A stretch of 56,955 bases of DNA from Pseudomonadota bacterium (lineage in GTDB: Archaea; Thermoplasmatota; SW-10-69-26; JACQPN01; JAJPHT01). Position numbers and translations under genes: made by a program. Below are positions 16,453 through 26,103 of the stretch, piece by piece. The notes beneath the pieces are model-generated. The model worked only from the letters and a program-made list of their open reading frames with translations, searched no databases and had not been told where the DNA came from. Each line of letters begins with the position of its first letter. Positions within the stretch are counted from its first letter, which is position 1. Location: NCBI GenBank assembly GCA_021325135.1, contig JAJPHT010000031.1:1-56955 (forward strand), read 5' to 3'.

Positions 16453-17916
16453 ATGGTCTCCCCCGCCCCGGCGCTTCGCATGGCCGCCGGGGCCGTGCTT
16501 CTTCTCCTCCTTCTCCCCAGCGCGAGCGCCCAGGCGCCCACGCTTCCCAGCGACCCGCGCCAGGCCTACTTCCGCTTCACCATCACGTGCAGCGAGACGT
16601 TCGTCTCCGTGGATTTCCTGGGCAGCGGCGATGGCCACTGCACGGCCATGGACCTGACCTACGACTCGCCGGGCGTGCCCGGATCGGTGTCCCTGGGCGC
16701 GGTGCCGCACTACCTCTCGCTGCGCGCGGTGCCGGTGGGCGCGCCCAACGAGACCGCGGGCTGGCAGGCGTACCCTTCGGTGTCGTTCATCCAGCTCTAC
16801 GGCCTCAGCAGCGCCGTCTTCGGCGTCCACGTGACGACGCTTCCCACCATCCAGTCGTCTTTCTTCCGCTTCGACGTCCTCGCCAACTACACGGCGGAGG
16901 ATGGCTCGACGCAGAACGCCACCGTCCACTTCGTCGCGCAGGTGCGCCCCTACGGGCAGACCTTCGTGCAGACGGCGCCCCAGGACATCACGAAGAAGGC
17001 GGGCCAGAACGAGCGCGTCACGTACAGCGTGCTGGTCACCAACAACGGCGTCTACCCCGACTACTACCACATCGCGGTGCGCTCCAACGACCCGGATTTC
17101 CTCGTGGCGCAGCCGGGCGGCGTGTACGTCCCGCCCCACGAGACGCGCAACGTGACGTTCACCATCCTCACGCCCAAGGGCAAGCTCTACGAGCTGGGCC
17201 GCAGCGCGCAGTTCACGGCCGACATCACGCCCACCTTCGGGGGCGGCCGCTACCAGGCGTTCGGCTTCCTGCGCGTGACGGGCGCCTACGTGCCCACCTA
17301 CTGGATCCCCATGGCGCTGGTCGCGCTGGTCTCCGGCATGGTGGTCACGCGCCGCACGCGCGAGGTCGCGCAGGCGCGGCGGCTGGAGCGCGGAGCGCCG
17401 CGGCGCGTCGAGCCCACGCCGCGGCAGGCCGTCCTCCTCGCCGAGCTGAAGCGCACGGACCCCGAGGCGTACAAGGAGCGCAAGGCCGCGCTGGACGCCC
17501 TCTACGCGGGCCGCCGCTCCGAGTACCGGATGACCGCCAAGGAGCGCCGCGCCGCCGACCGCGCCGAGGCGCGCCAGGCGCGCGCCGAGTTCAAGGCCGA
17601 GCGCCGGCGCCGCAAGGCGGAGGCCAAGGAGCGCCGCACCCAGGAGGCGCGCGAGCGCAAGGAGCGCAAGATCGCCGAGGCCGCCGAGGCCAAGGAGCGC
17701 AAGCGCAAGGAGAAGGACCTCGCCAAGGCGCGCAAGATCCTGGAGAAGAAGCGCGGCAAGCTGGGCAGGAAGGAGGCCAAGGCCGCCAAGAAGCAGGCCA
17801 AGATCGACGCCAAGCAGGCCAAGGCCGACGCCAAGGCCGCGAAGAAGGCGCAGAAGGCCGCCGCCAAGGAGGCCAAGGCCGCCGCGCGCGCCGCCAAGAA
17901 GGGAGAGAAGCCGTAG
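16453..17916 (+). CDS. Surface protein (Ig-like ectodomain), TM helix and long Lys/Ala/Arg/Glu-rich cytoplasmic tail
   Basis: Signal peptide; V.V.NNG...D motif; TM YWIPMALVALVSGMVV; AKAAKK-type tail. Confidence 0.8.
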   Translation: MVSPAPALRMAAGAVLLLLLLPSASAQAPTLPSDPRQAYFRFTITCSETFVSVDFLGSGDGHCTAMDLTYDSPGVPGSVSLGAVPHYLSLRAVPVGAPNETAGWQAYPSVSFIQLYGLSSAVFGVHVTTLPTIQSSFFRFDVLANYTAEDGSTQNATVHFVAQVRPYGQTFVQTAPQDITKKAGQNERVTYSVLVTNNGVYPDYYHIAVRSNDPDFLVAQPGGVYVPPHETRNVTFTILTPKGKLYELGRSAQFTADITPTFGGGRYQAFGFLRVTGAYVPTYWIPMALVALVSGMVVTRRTREVAQARRLERGAPRRVEPTPRQAVLLAELKRTDPEAYKERKAALDALYAGRRSEYRMTAKERRAADRAEARQARAEFKAERRRRKAEAKERRTQEARERKERKIAEAAEAKERKRKEKDLAKARKILEKKRGKLGRKEAKAAKKQAKIDAKQAKADAKAAKKAQKAAAKEAKAAARAAKKGEKP

Positions 17917-17927
17917 GGGGGCCCGCC

Positions 17928-18662
17928 TTGCCTCGCCTCCTCCCCGCGCTCGCGGTCGCCCTCGCGCTCCTGGCGCCCGGATGCCTCTCCCCGGACGACC
18001 TCATCGTCGCCGCCTCCGCGCCCAAGACCGCCAGCGGCATGACCGTCTTCGTCGTCGCCGACAAGGGGCTCCTCTCGCGCTTCGCGGGGGCGAGCGCGGA
18101 CTACGTCATCTACTACGGCGACCGCATCGCGTACCCGCCCGCCGGCAAGGGGGGCTCCTTCGAGGTGAGCGGGCGCGCGGGCTCCGTGTTCATCCCCTAC
18201 GACCTCTTCGTCGTGGGCAACGGCGACTACGACGTGCTCGTGCACTACGGGGGCGCGCAGGCCCGCGCGCGCGTGAACGTGCAGAAGTGGGCGAGCTACG
18301 TCTGGCTCCACCCCTCGTTCAAGGACAACGAGGTCGTCGTCGAGACGGCCCTGCAGTCTGCCAGCGGCGGCGACGCCGCGGACCGCGTCCTCGCGCACGG
18401 CGAGCTGGTGCTGACGCTGAAGTACCACGGCAAGGACGGCACCGCCAACGCGAACGTGGCGCAGTTCACGCAGGAGACGCGCAACGACCAGATCACCACC
18501 CTCGTCGAGGTGCCCCTGGCGCGCTTCGACCAGGGGCCGGGCTGGTACTCCTTCGAGCCCCTCTTCCACAACCTGGAGGCCGCGAACAACGTGCAGGTCC
18601 CCCCGGACCCCGCCATGGCGAACTCGCAGCCGCCGTTCAACTGGATCTACGTCGGCACCTGA
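17928..18662 (+). CDS. Putative lipoprotein
   Basis: TTG start 12 nt after previous stop; LALLAPGC lipobox; beta-rich body. Confidence 0.7.
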   Translation: MPRLLPALAVALALLAPGCLSPDDLIVAASAPKTASGMTVFVVADKGLLSRFAGASADYVIYYGDRIAYPPAGKGGSFEVSGRAGSVFIPYDLFVVGNGDYDVLVHYGGAQARARVNVQKWASYVWLHPSFKDNEVVVETALQSASGGDAADRVLAHGELVLTLKYHGKDGTANANVAQFTQETRNDQITTLVEVPLARFDQGPGWYSFEPLFHNLEAANNVQVPPDPAMANSQPPFNWIYVGT

Positions 18663-18671
18663 GGCCCCACC

Positions 18672-19682
18672 ATGCGACCACTCCCCCTTCTGGCCATCCT
18701 CCTCCTGCTCGCCGGGTGCGTCGGGCAGGGCAACGGCGCGCGCGACACCGACGGCGACGGCCTGCCCGACGACCAGGAGACGACGCCCCACGCGATCTCC
18801 ATCGCCTACGCCAACGGCACGGTGGAATCGCGCGCGGTGACCTCGGACCCGCACCGCCAGGACACCGACGGCGACGGCCTCTCCGACGTGGACGAGTTCG
18901 CCTTCAAGACCGACCCCCGCAGCGTCGACACCGACCGCGACGGCCTGCTGGACGGCCACAACGTGACGCTCCCCGCGGGCTCCGACCAGGCGAAGGCGTG
19001 GCGCGCGCTGGGCGTGCTGGAGGTCCCCGCGGGCAGCGGCAAGTTCGTGGGCGAGATGGACGCGACCCGCGAGTGCACGCTCTCCGCCGCCCGCGGCTCC
19101 AGCGAATTGCTATCGCCCGACGCGCTCTCGGACGGCGCGGAGGTCGCGGGCTGGAACGTCACCGTGCGCGGCTTCTCGTTCCCCGTCACGTCGGACCCGT
19201 GCGTGGCCGACACCGACCGCGACGGCCTCCCCGACGACAAGGAGATGGCGCTGGGCACCGACCCGCGCAACCCCGACACCGACGGCGACGGCGTCGTGGA
19301 CGGCTTCGACGCGGACCCCCTGTGGAACCTCGGCCTCGCCCTGGAGAACGTCACGGCGAGCGGCAACGCCACCGTCTCGTTCCAGGCGGGCGCCCAGGCC
19401 GTGGAGGTGCCCAGCCACGGGAACCGCACCGCGACGCTGGACGTCAACGACTCGGCGACCGACCGCTCGACGCTCCCCGTCACCCTGGTCGTGGGCGCGC
19501 GGGATTCCGAAGGCTCCCACAGCGTGGACCTCTTCGGCGACCCCCGCGGGACGTACCTCACCGTGGACCTCGTCCAGGGCACCACCGCGCTCCTCAACGC
19601 GCCCGCCCAGGCGACGCACCACGTGGAGACGCGCGGGCCCGACGGCACGCTCTCCTTCGACTGGCGCGTCGCGCGGTCGTGA
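18672..19682 (+). CDS. Lipoprotein with Ca-binding DTDGDG (thrombospondin type-3-like) repeats
   Basis: LLAGC lipobox; repeated DP...DTD(G/R)DGL.D..E. Confidence 0.85.
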   Translation: MRPLPLLAILLLLAGCVGQGNGARDTDGDGLPDDQETTPHAISIAYANGTVESRAVTSDPHRQDTDGDGLSDVDEFAFKTDPRSVDTDRDGLLDGHNVTLPAGSDQAKAWRALGVLEVPAGSGKFVGEMDATRECTLSAARGSSELLSPDALSDGAEVAGWNVTVRGFSFPVTSDPCVADTDRDGLPDDKEMALGTDPRNPDTDGDGVVDGFDADPLWNLGLALENVTASGNATVSFQAGAQAVEVPSHGNRTATLDVNDSATDRSTLPVTLVVGARDSEGSHSVDLFGDPRGTYLTVDLVQGTTALLNAPAQATHHVETRGPDGTLSFDWRVARS

Positions 19683-19685
19683 GCC

Positions 19686-20576
19686 ATGGCGGGCCAGCCG
19701 GTGCGCCCCGGAGCCGCCGTCGCGGCGACTCTTCTCGCGGCGACGCTCTGGGGCACCTCCTTCAGCGTGAACGACGCGGGGCTCGCCTACGTGGGGCCCG
19801 CGGCCTTCGTCGTGCTGCGCTTCGCCGTGGGCGGCGCGCTGGTGGTCGCCGTGGGCGCGGCCCTGGGGCGGCTGGACCTCAAGCTGCTGCGTTCCCCTTT
19901 CATCTGGGCGCTCGCGCTGGCCAACGCGGTGGGCTTCCTCATGCAGTACGCGGGGCAGACCGTCACGCCGCCGGCGCGCACGTCGCTCTTCGTCAACACC
20001 AGCGCCTTCGCCGTGGCGCTCCTCGAGCGCTTCGTGCTGCGGCACCATCTCGGCTGGAGGCGCGTGCTGGCGATCCTCGTGGGCTTCGCCGGCGCCGCGC
20101 TCCTCGTCGTGGGCGAGGACCCCTCGAAGCTCTCCGGCGGCCGCCTCGCGGGCGACGCCCTCGTCCTGGGCGCCGGCCTCTCCTGGAGCGTCTACCTCGT
20201 GATGAACTCCCGCGCGGTGGAGCGGCACGATCCCTTGAGCGTGACCGCGTGGACGTTCGTGCTCAGCAGCGTCCTCCTGCTGCCCGCCCTCGCGTTCGAC
20301 CCCACGCCGCTGCGCTTCACGTGGCCCGGCGCGGCGGCGGTCCTCTACGCGGGCGTCGTCACGACCGCGCTGGCGTATGGCCTGTGGACCTTCGGCCTGC
20401 GCGGCGTCAGCCCCAGCGCGAGCGCGCTGCTCCAGCTCTGGGAGATCCTCGTGGCGAGCGTCGTCTCGCTGGCGCTGGCGCGCGAGTCGTTCGGCCCCGT
20501 GGAGCTGGCGGGCGCCGCGCTCCTCGTGGGCGCGGTCGTGGGCATGAGCCTCCTCACGTCCCGCCCGCAGGCGTGA
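19686..20576 (+). CDS. EamA/DMT family transporter
   Basis: LWGTSF, LRFAVG, about 10 TM helices, two EamA halves. Confidence 0.9.
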   Translation: MAGQPVRPGAAVAATLLAATLWGTSFSVNDAGLAYVGPAAFVVLRFAVGGALVVAVGAALGRLDLKLLRSPFIWALALANAVGFLMQYAGQTVTPPARTSLFVNTSAFAVALLERFVLRHHLGWRRVLAILVGFAGAALLVVGEDPSKLSGGRLAGDALVLGAGLSWSVYLVMNSRAVERHDPLSVTAWTFVLSSVLLLPALAFDPTPLRFTWPGAAAVLYAGVVTTALAYGLWTFGLRGVSPSASALLQLWEILVASVVSLALARESFGPVELAGAALLVGAVVGMSLLTSRPQA

Positions 20577-22539
20577 GGCGCGCGGCCCGCAGCGCGGCGC
20601 GCATCTGCGCGGCCGACTCCCAGCGCTCCTTGGGGTCCTCCGCCAGCGCGCGCCGCAGCACGCCCTCCCAGCGGCCATCCGCCGGGCGCTGGAAGCAGCG
20701 CTCCATGAGGAGCCCCACGGCGTAGAGGTCGGAGCGCGGCGTCGCAGGCTCTCCGCGCCGCTGCTCGGGCGCCATGTACGCCGCCGTCCCCTCGACGGTT
20801 CCCGCCTCCTGCCCGTGGGCGGGGGCCGCGATGCCGAAGTCCGCGAGCTTGGGGAAGCCCCCCTCGCCCAGGAGGACGTTCTCCGGCTTCACGTCGCGAT
20901 GCACGATGCCGCGCGCGTGCACGGCCTCCAGCGCGGCGAGGAGCCCGTCCGCGACGCGCTCGCCCTCCTGCGCGGGGAGGGGGCCGTGGCGCGCGACGGC
21001 CTCGGCGAGGCTCCCTCCAGGCGCGTGCTCCAGCACGAGGAGCGTGGCGTCGGGGCGCGGGATCGCGTCGTAGACGACCAGGACGTGCGGATGTGAGAGC
21101 GCGCCCGCGATCTGCGCCTCGCGCAGCGCGGCGCCCTCGTCGTGGAGCACGCGCTTGATCACGACGTCGCGCCCCAGCACCTCGTCGCGGGCGAGGAACG
21201 CGCGCCCCCCGCCGCCCGAGCCCAGCGCGCGCAGCACGCGATAGCGCCCCGCCACTAGGCTCCCCTCGGCGACGGGCGGGGGCTCGCGCTCCAGGGCCGC
21301 GCGCTCCAGCGCGGCGGCCTCCGCGGCCCCGATGCCAAGCTCGCCGCGCAGGGTAACGAGAAATGGGTCGTCCGCGGGCGAGTCGCCGCGGCGCGCCACC
21401 TGCTGCGCGGCGAGGCGGTACGTCTCCCTCGCGGCCGCGGCGTCGGCGGGGCGGGGGAGGCCGTAGACGCGCTGGGCCACGCGGTCGGTGAGCGAGCGGA
21501 ACGCCTGCGACGCGGCGACGACGGCCGCCAGGAGGGCGATCTCCAGGGGGCGCGCCTCGGCTGCGTCGCCGGCCAGCGCCAGGCCGAAGGTCAGCGCGAC
21601 GGCGCCCAGCGTCAGCAGGGCGAGCCCCACGAGCACGCGCGCGGCGAGCCGGCGCGAGGCGGCGGAAAGCTCCAGGCCGCGGTGCCGCAGCACGATGACC
21701 GAGGCCAGCGCGCCGAAGACGAGCCAGCGCAGCGCGGCGCCCGCGCGGCCCAGGCTTGCCTCGACGCCGCCTGAGGCCGCCGGCGGCGCGGCCCAGCCCA
21801 GCGCCGCCAGCGCGTTGGGGACGTTCGCGACGTCGATGAGGAAGGTCAGCGCCACGGCGCTCCCCAGCGTCGTCGCCGCGAAGCGTCCGCGGCCGCGCAG
21901 CGCGGCGGCGCACAGGAGCGCGGCCGCGACCAGCAGGACGACGGGAAGCTCCACGCGCCACGCCAGCGCGAGGGCGCGCCCCCTTGCGTCCGCGGAGCCC
22001 GCGAGGCCGCTCATGGTCTCCAGGAAAGGGGGCAGCGTGGGCAGCACCACGGCGCAGAGCCCGAAGGCCAGGAGCCGCGCCGCGGGGCGCTCGTCGCGCC
22101 GCAGCAGGACGCCCACGAGGAGCGAGCCGTAGACCGCCAGCGTGTACGCCGAGAGGGCCGCGAAGTAGCCGATGGCCCCGCCCGAGGCGTCCATGGAGAG
22201 GCCCAGGAGGGGCCAAAGCGCGAGCGCGCCGCTGGCGGAGGGCAGGAGCGCCTGCGTGGCGCGGGGGCGCGGCTCGCCCAGCGCCTCCCGCACGAACGCC
22301 CAGAGGAGGAGAGGGTCCAGCGCGGCGGCCACCGTGGCGCCGCGGAAGAGGAGGTCCTTGAGGCCTGGGTCGGAGGCGAGGGCCCGCGCGGTCTCGAACC
22401 CCTGGTTGAGCGCGATGAGGGCAAGGAAGCCCGCCAGCGCCCGGCCCGCGGCCTGCCTCCGTCCCAGGAGCGCGACGACGGCGAAGACGGCGGTCGTCAC
22501 CGCCGCGATCGCCTTGAGGTAGGCGTCCAGGGTGGCCAT
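20554..22539 (-). CDS. Membrane-anchored Hanks-type Ser/Thr protein kinase
   Basis: LGSGGGGRAF, VVIK, HRDVKPENVL, DFG, GTAAYMAPE, SDLYAVG; N-terminal multi-TM region. Confidence 0.92.
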   Translation of the reverse strand: MATLDAYLKAIAAVTTAVFAVVALLGRRQAAGRALAGFLALIALNQGFETARALASDPGLKDLLFRGATVAAALDPLLLWAFVREALGEPRPRATQALLPSASGALALWPLLGLSMDASGGAIGYFAALSAYTLAVYGSLLVGVLLRRDERPAARLLAFGLCAVVLPTLPPFLETMSGLAGSADARGRALALAWRVELPVVLLVAAALLCAAALRGRGRFAATTLGSAVALTFLIDVANVPNALAALGWAAPPAASGGVEASLGRAGAALRWLVFGALASVIVLRHRGLELSAASRRLAARVLVGLALLTLGAVALTFGLALAGDAAEARPLEIALLAAVVAASQAFRSLTDRVAQRVYGLPRPADAAAARETYRLAAQQVARRGDSPADDPFLVTLRGELGIGAAEAAALERAALEREPPPVAEGSLVAGRYRVLRALGSGGGGRAFLARDEVLGRDVVIKRVLHDEGAALREAQIAGALSHPHVLVVYDAIPRPDATLLVLEHAPGGSLAEAVARHGPLPAQEGERVADGLLAALEAVHARGIVHRDVKPENVLLGEGGFPKLADFGIAAPAHGQEAGTVEGTAAYMAPEQRRGEPATPRSDLYAVGLLMERCFQRPADGRWEGVLRRALAEDPKERWESAAQMRAALRAARLTPAGGT

Positions 22540-22549
22540 GGGGGCCGCC

Positions 22550-23290
22550 TCAGAAGGGCACCGTCGCGCGCAGGATCAGCAGCGCGAGCGCGGCGATCAT
22601 GGCCCACGTGCCGAAGAAGGCGAGCTTGCTCCAGTGCCACACCTTGCGGCCGTCCAGCGGCCCGATGGGGAGCATGTTGAACGCCGCCAGCACGCAGTTG
22701 AGGAGCACGATGATGTCCAGCAGGTTGCCGAAGTTCGGCGGCACGCCGATGGGCGGCAGGACGGGCATGAGGAGGAGCGCGCCGTAGCCGAGCGCAAGGT
22801 TGAGCAGCGGCCCCACGACGCTGATGACGCCCTCGTCGCGGGCCGCGGCGCGAAGCTCGGCCTGCGCGTGGGAGACGGCGATGGGGTCGCCCGCGGCGCG
22901 CGCCTCGCGAAGCTCCATGAGCGCCTGCATGCGCCCCTTGCCGTAGATCTGCACGGCGCCGGGCACGGCGAAGAGGATGCCCGAGAAGGCGGTGACGAGG
23001 AGGCCGCCCGCGAGGCCGATGAAGTTGGCGCGGAACTCGGCCCACATGTCCTTGCGCTGCGCGACGATCTTGTGCGCGATCTCGTGGAGGATGAAGGCGG
23101 GCACGACCACGATGGCGCTGAAGACGAGGAGGCGCCCGGCGTTGGAAAGGTCGAAGGCCGGGACGAACGCGTTGCCGGTGCGGATGCCCAGCACGAGGCC
23201 GAACGCCACCGTCAGCACGACCACCGAGACGGCGAGGTGGAGGACCTCGGTGCCCGAGAAGAAGATGCGCGGACGGTCCCAGTCGTCCAT
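22550..23290 (-). CDS. Site-2 protease (M50) family zinc metalloprotease
   Basis: HEIAH, GPLLN, FNMLPIGPLDG. Confidence 0.93.
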   Translation of the reverse strand: MDDWDRPRIFFSGTEVLHLAVSVVVLTVAFGLVLGIRTGNAFVPAFDLSNAGRLLVFSAIVVVPAFILHEIAHKIVAQRKDMWAEFRANFIGLAGGLLVTAFSGILFAVPGAVQIYGKGRMQALMELREARAAGDPIAVSHAQAELRAAARDEGVISVVGPLLNLALGYGALLLMPVLPPIGVPPNFGNLLDIIVLLNCVLAAFNMLPIGPLDGRKVWHWSKLAFFGTWAMIAALALLILRATVPF

Positions 23291-23308
23291 GGCCGTCGTC
23301 CCCCGCGC

Positions 23309-24427
23309 TTACGGCCTGTAGAACTTGTGGACCCAGACGACGCCCGCGACGCCCACGGCGATGATGCCGAAGGAGATGGGGATGACGTAGTCCGCGCCGG
23401 AGGGCGCGCGCGCCTCGCCTTCGGCGGAGACGCCGCCCTCGTCGCAGCGCTTCTTGTAGTCGTCCAGCGTGGGGCCGCCGACCTCCTTGTTGGCGGTGGC
23501 CTCGGGGACCTGCTGGCCGGCGCACTTGGAGTCGCCCGCGGCCTGGCCCAGGTCGACGGCGGGCCCGTTGATGGAGCCGGTGCCCAGGAGGCCGCCCGTG
23601 CCGCCGCCTCCGGAGGGCGCGGGGGGCGGCGCCAGCGTCTTGGCGAACTTGATGACGCCGTTCATGCCCAGGCCGCCGTGGGGCACGCAGAAGTATTTCA
23701 CGCTCTGCCCTTCGGGGCCGCTGTGGAACGTGTAGGTGGCCACGTCGGCGGGGCTGCTGACGTAGTCGCTCCCCTTCTTGTCGTCGCCCACGCCGAAGTT
23801 GTGGGGCGTGCTGCCCGAGTTCTTCACGGTGACCGTGATGTCGGAGTCGGGCTGGACGGTGATGGTGGGGTTGCGCTGCGTCTGCCCTTCCAGCGTCCAG
23901 TAGTAGACGCCGCCGTCGTCGTGGCCCACGACGGTGAACGAGGTGGGCGCGGGCTGCGCGGGGGGCGCGCTCTCGCTGCCGCCTTCCGCGGGCTCGCCGC
24001 CGGCCGCCGCGGCCTTGATGACGCCCTTCATGCCGAGGCCCTGATGGGGCACGCAGTAGTACGTCGTGTCCTTGTCGGGCATCGTGAACTCGTAGGTCGC
24101 GGTGTCCGCGGCGCTGGAGACGTAGGCGCTCCCCTTGGTGTCGGGCGCCACGGCGAAGTTGTGGGTCTGGTCGCCGGAGTTCTTCACGGTGACCGTGACC
24201 TTGGTGCCGGGGGCGAAGGAGAGCGTGGGGTTGTGCTGCGCGCTCCCCTCCTGCGTCCAGTAGTAGACGTCGCCGTCGACGTGCGCGACCATGGTCACCG
24301 ACGCCGTGGCGGGGCCCGACGCGGGCGCGCCCGCGGTGGCGTTCGTCCCGTTGGCGGTCCCGTTCTGGGCGACGGCCGCGCCGGCGACGAGCAGGGGCAG
24401 GAGCACGAGGGCGAGAAGCGCGCGCAC
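23309..24427 (-). CDS. Membrane-anchored protein with two cupredoxin (type-1 copper) domains
   Basis: HNF ... YYCVPHQGLGM and HNF ... YFCVPHGGLGM; signal peptide; C-terminal TM. Confidence 0.88.
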   Translation of the reverse strand: MRALLALVLLPLLVAGAAVAQNGTANGTNATAGAPASGPATASVTMVAHVDGDVYYWTQEGSAQHNPTLSFAPGTKVTVTVKNSGDQTHNFAVAPDTKGSAYVSSAADTATYEFTMPDKDTTYYCVPHQGLGMKGVIKAAAAGGEPAEGGSESAPPAQPAPTSFTVVGHDDGGVYYWTLEGQTQRNPTITVQPDSDITVTVKNSGSTPHNFGVGDDKKGSDYVSSPADVATYTFHSGPEGQSVKYFCVPHGGLGMNGVIKFAKTLAPPPAPSGGGGTGGLLGTGSINGPAVDLGQAAGDSKCAGQQVPEATANKEVGGPTLDDYKKRCDEGGVSAEGEARAPSGADYVIPISFGIIAVGVAGVVWVHKFYRP

Positions 24428-24503
24428 GGGGGGTTTCCCTCGGGGCCGGGAATTGGGGGACCCCCCTTAAAGGTGCCCGTGCGGCGCGCGGGAAGCCGGG
24501 ACC

Positions 24504-24770
24504 TCAGCAGTTCGTGTGGAACACGATGCAGTCCACGGCGTCAACCACGGCGCCGGGCCCGATGGCCACCGTGCTGCACGTCGCCACGATGACCGCGCCC
24601 GGCAGGGACGTCACGAGGTAGCCGGGGCTGCCCGGCTGGCCCACGGGGTCGGGCCAGGCACAGCAGATGCCGCCGCTGCTGCTCACCCAGCAGCCGGAGC
24701 CCGCGGAGGCGATGGGGACGAAAGAGAGGGGTGCCAGCACGAGGAGGAGGGCAAGGAGCGCGCTTCGCAT
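24504..24770 (-). CDS. Small secreted Cys-rich protein
   Basis: Signal peptide ending IASA; 6 Cys in about 65 mature residues. Confidence 0.7.
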   Translation of the reverse strand: MRSALLALLLVLAPLSFVPIASAGSGCWVSSSGGICCAWPDPVGQPGSPGYLVTSLPGAVIVATCSTVAIGPGAVVDAVDCIVFHTNC

Positions 24771-24838
24771 GGGAACCGCAGGAGCGAAGAAGGCGCGGAA
24801 GGAAAAGCGCGCCGGTGGAAAGCTGTGAAACGCGGTCC

Positions 24839-26026
24839 TCAGCCGGTGAGGGGCGCCAGCAGGTGCCTCAGCACGCCCGTGCTGATGAGCACGGGGAAGA
24901 GGAGGAAGAGGCCGAGGTTCGCGCCAAGCTGCGCCAGGGAGGCCACCATGAGGACGTGGGTGACCTTGTTGCGGAAGAGGTCCCCCAGGGTCTGGAGGTG
25001 GCTGATGCCCTGGAAGTCCTTCACCGTGGGCTTGTTGACCTTGGCCTGCACGAGGCCGGGGAAGATGCCGCTGCCCACGAAGAAGTGCAAGGGCTTTAGC
25101 GGCGCCGCGACGAGCGCCGTGAGGATGGAAAGGATGTGGCCGCGCGCGACCAGCGCGCCCAGCGCGCACATGCCGCCCGTGGCGATGACGTACTCCAGGA
25201 GGTGGAGCTTGAGGTCGGCGAAGTTGCCGGTGCGGATGCCCTGGTAGGCGTACCAGCCGAAGAGCGCGACGAGGGCCAGGGAGAAGGCGCTGGTGAGCAC
25301 GATGCCCCACGGGAAGCGCTTGGGCACGACCTCCAGGGGCTTCGTGTCGGGGATGGTGGCGGGCGCGCGGAGGTACGACTCGACGCCCTTGAGGTGGCCG
25401 GCGCCCAGCACCGCGACGACGTGGCCGTCGCGGGCGGCCTTGTGGATGTGGGCGGCGAGGTACGCGTCGCGCTCGTGGATGAGCACGTCCGCGACGGTGG
25501 GCGCCATGCGGGAGAGCTCGCCCATCATGGTGGTGAGCACGTCCTCCTGGAGGATCTCGTCCACCTCCATCTCCTCGTCGTCGCCCGCGCCCACGAGGCT
25601 CTTCATGAGCTCCCAGACGAGGCGGATCTTCTCGCCGAGCCCCATCTTGGCGTAGGCGCGGCGCAGCGTGATGCCGATGTCGCGGTCCACGAGCGCGACC
25701 TTGGTGCCCGAGGCGTCCGCGGCCTGGAGGGCGGCCACCATCTCGGCGCCGGGCTCCACGCCGTACTTGGCGCCCATGCGGCGCTGATAGCTAGCGAGGA
25801 GGCTTTGCGCGAGGATGAAGGAGGACTTGCCGCCGCGCAGGAGGTCCGTGATGGGCGTCTCCTCGAAGCGCTTCTTGTCCACGATGGCCCGCTTGCGGTT
25901 CTCGTCCAGCTCCACGGCGACCACCGCGGGCTTCACGCGCGCGATGACCTCGCGCACCTCCGCCACGGACTCGGCGGAGACGTGGGCCGTCCCCACGAGC
26001 GTGATGCCGGGAAGCTCGACCTGCAT
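24839..26026 (-). CDS. TraB/PrgY/GumN family protein
   Basis: LVGTAHVS, AVELD..R, PGAEM, ERDAY, AVLGAGH..G; C-terminal TMs. Confidence 0.92.
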   Translation of the reverse strand: MQVELPGITLVGTAHVSAESVAEVREVIARVKPAVVAVELDENRKRAIVDKKRFEETPITDLLRGGKSSFILAQSLLASYQRRMGAKYGVEPGAEMVAALQAADASGTKVALVDRDIGITLRRAYAKMGLGEKIRLVWELMKSLVGAGDDEEMEVDEILQEDVLTTMMGELSRMAPTVADVLIHERDAYLAAHIHKAARDGHVVAVLGAGHLKGVESYLRAPATIPDTKPLEVVPKRFPWGIVLTSAFSLALVALFGWYAYQGIRTGNFADLKLHLLEYVIATGGMCALGALVARGHILSILTALVAAPLKPLHFFVGSGIFPGLVQAKVNKPTVKDFQGISHLQTLGDLFRNKVTHVLMVASLAQLGANLGLFLLFPVLISTGVLRHLLAPLTG

Positions 26027-26103
26027 AGGGCTGCCGCTGGCGACCGCGGCCGGGGGGATAAGGGTTTGGAGCCCCGCGCGGGGAGGCGCGGGGAAAAAGG
26101 GGT

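Noticed and set aside
24839-26026. TraB as evidence of conjugation
   Set aside because: TraB/PrgY/GumN family is a widespread chromosomal archaeal protein; no T4SS genes nearby.
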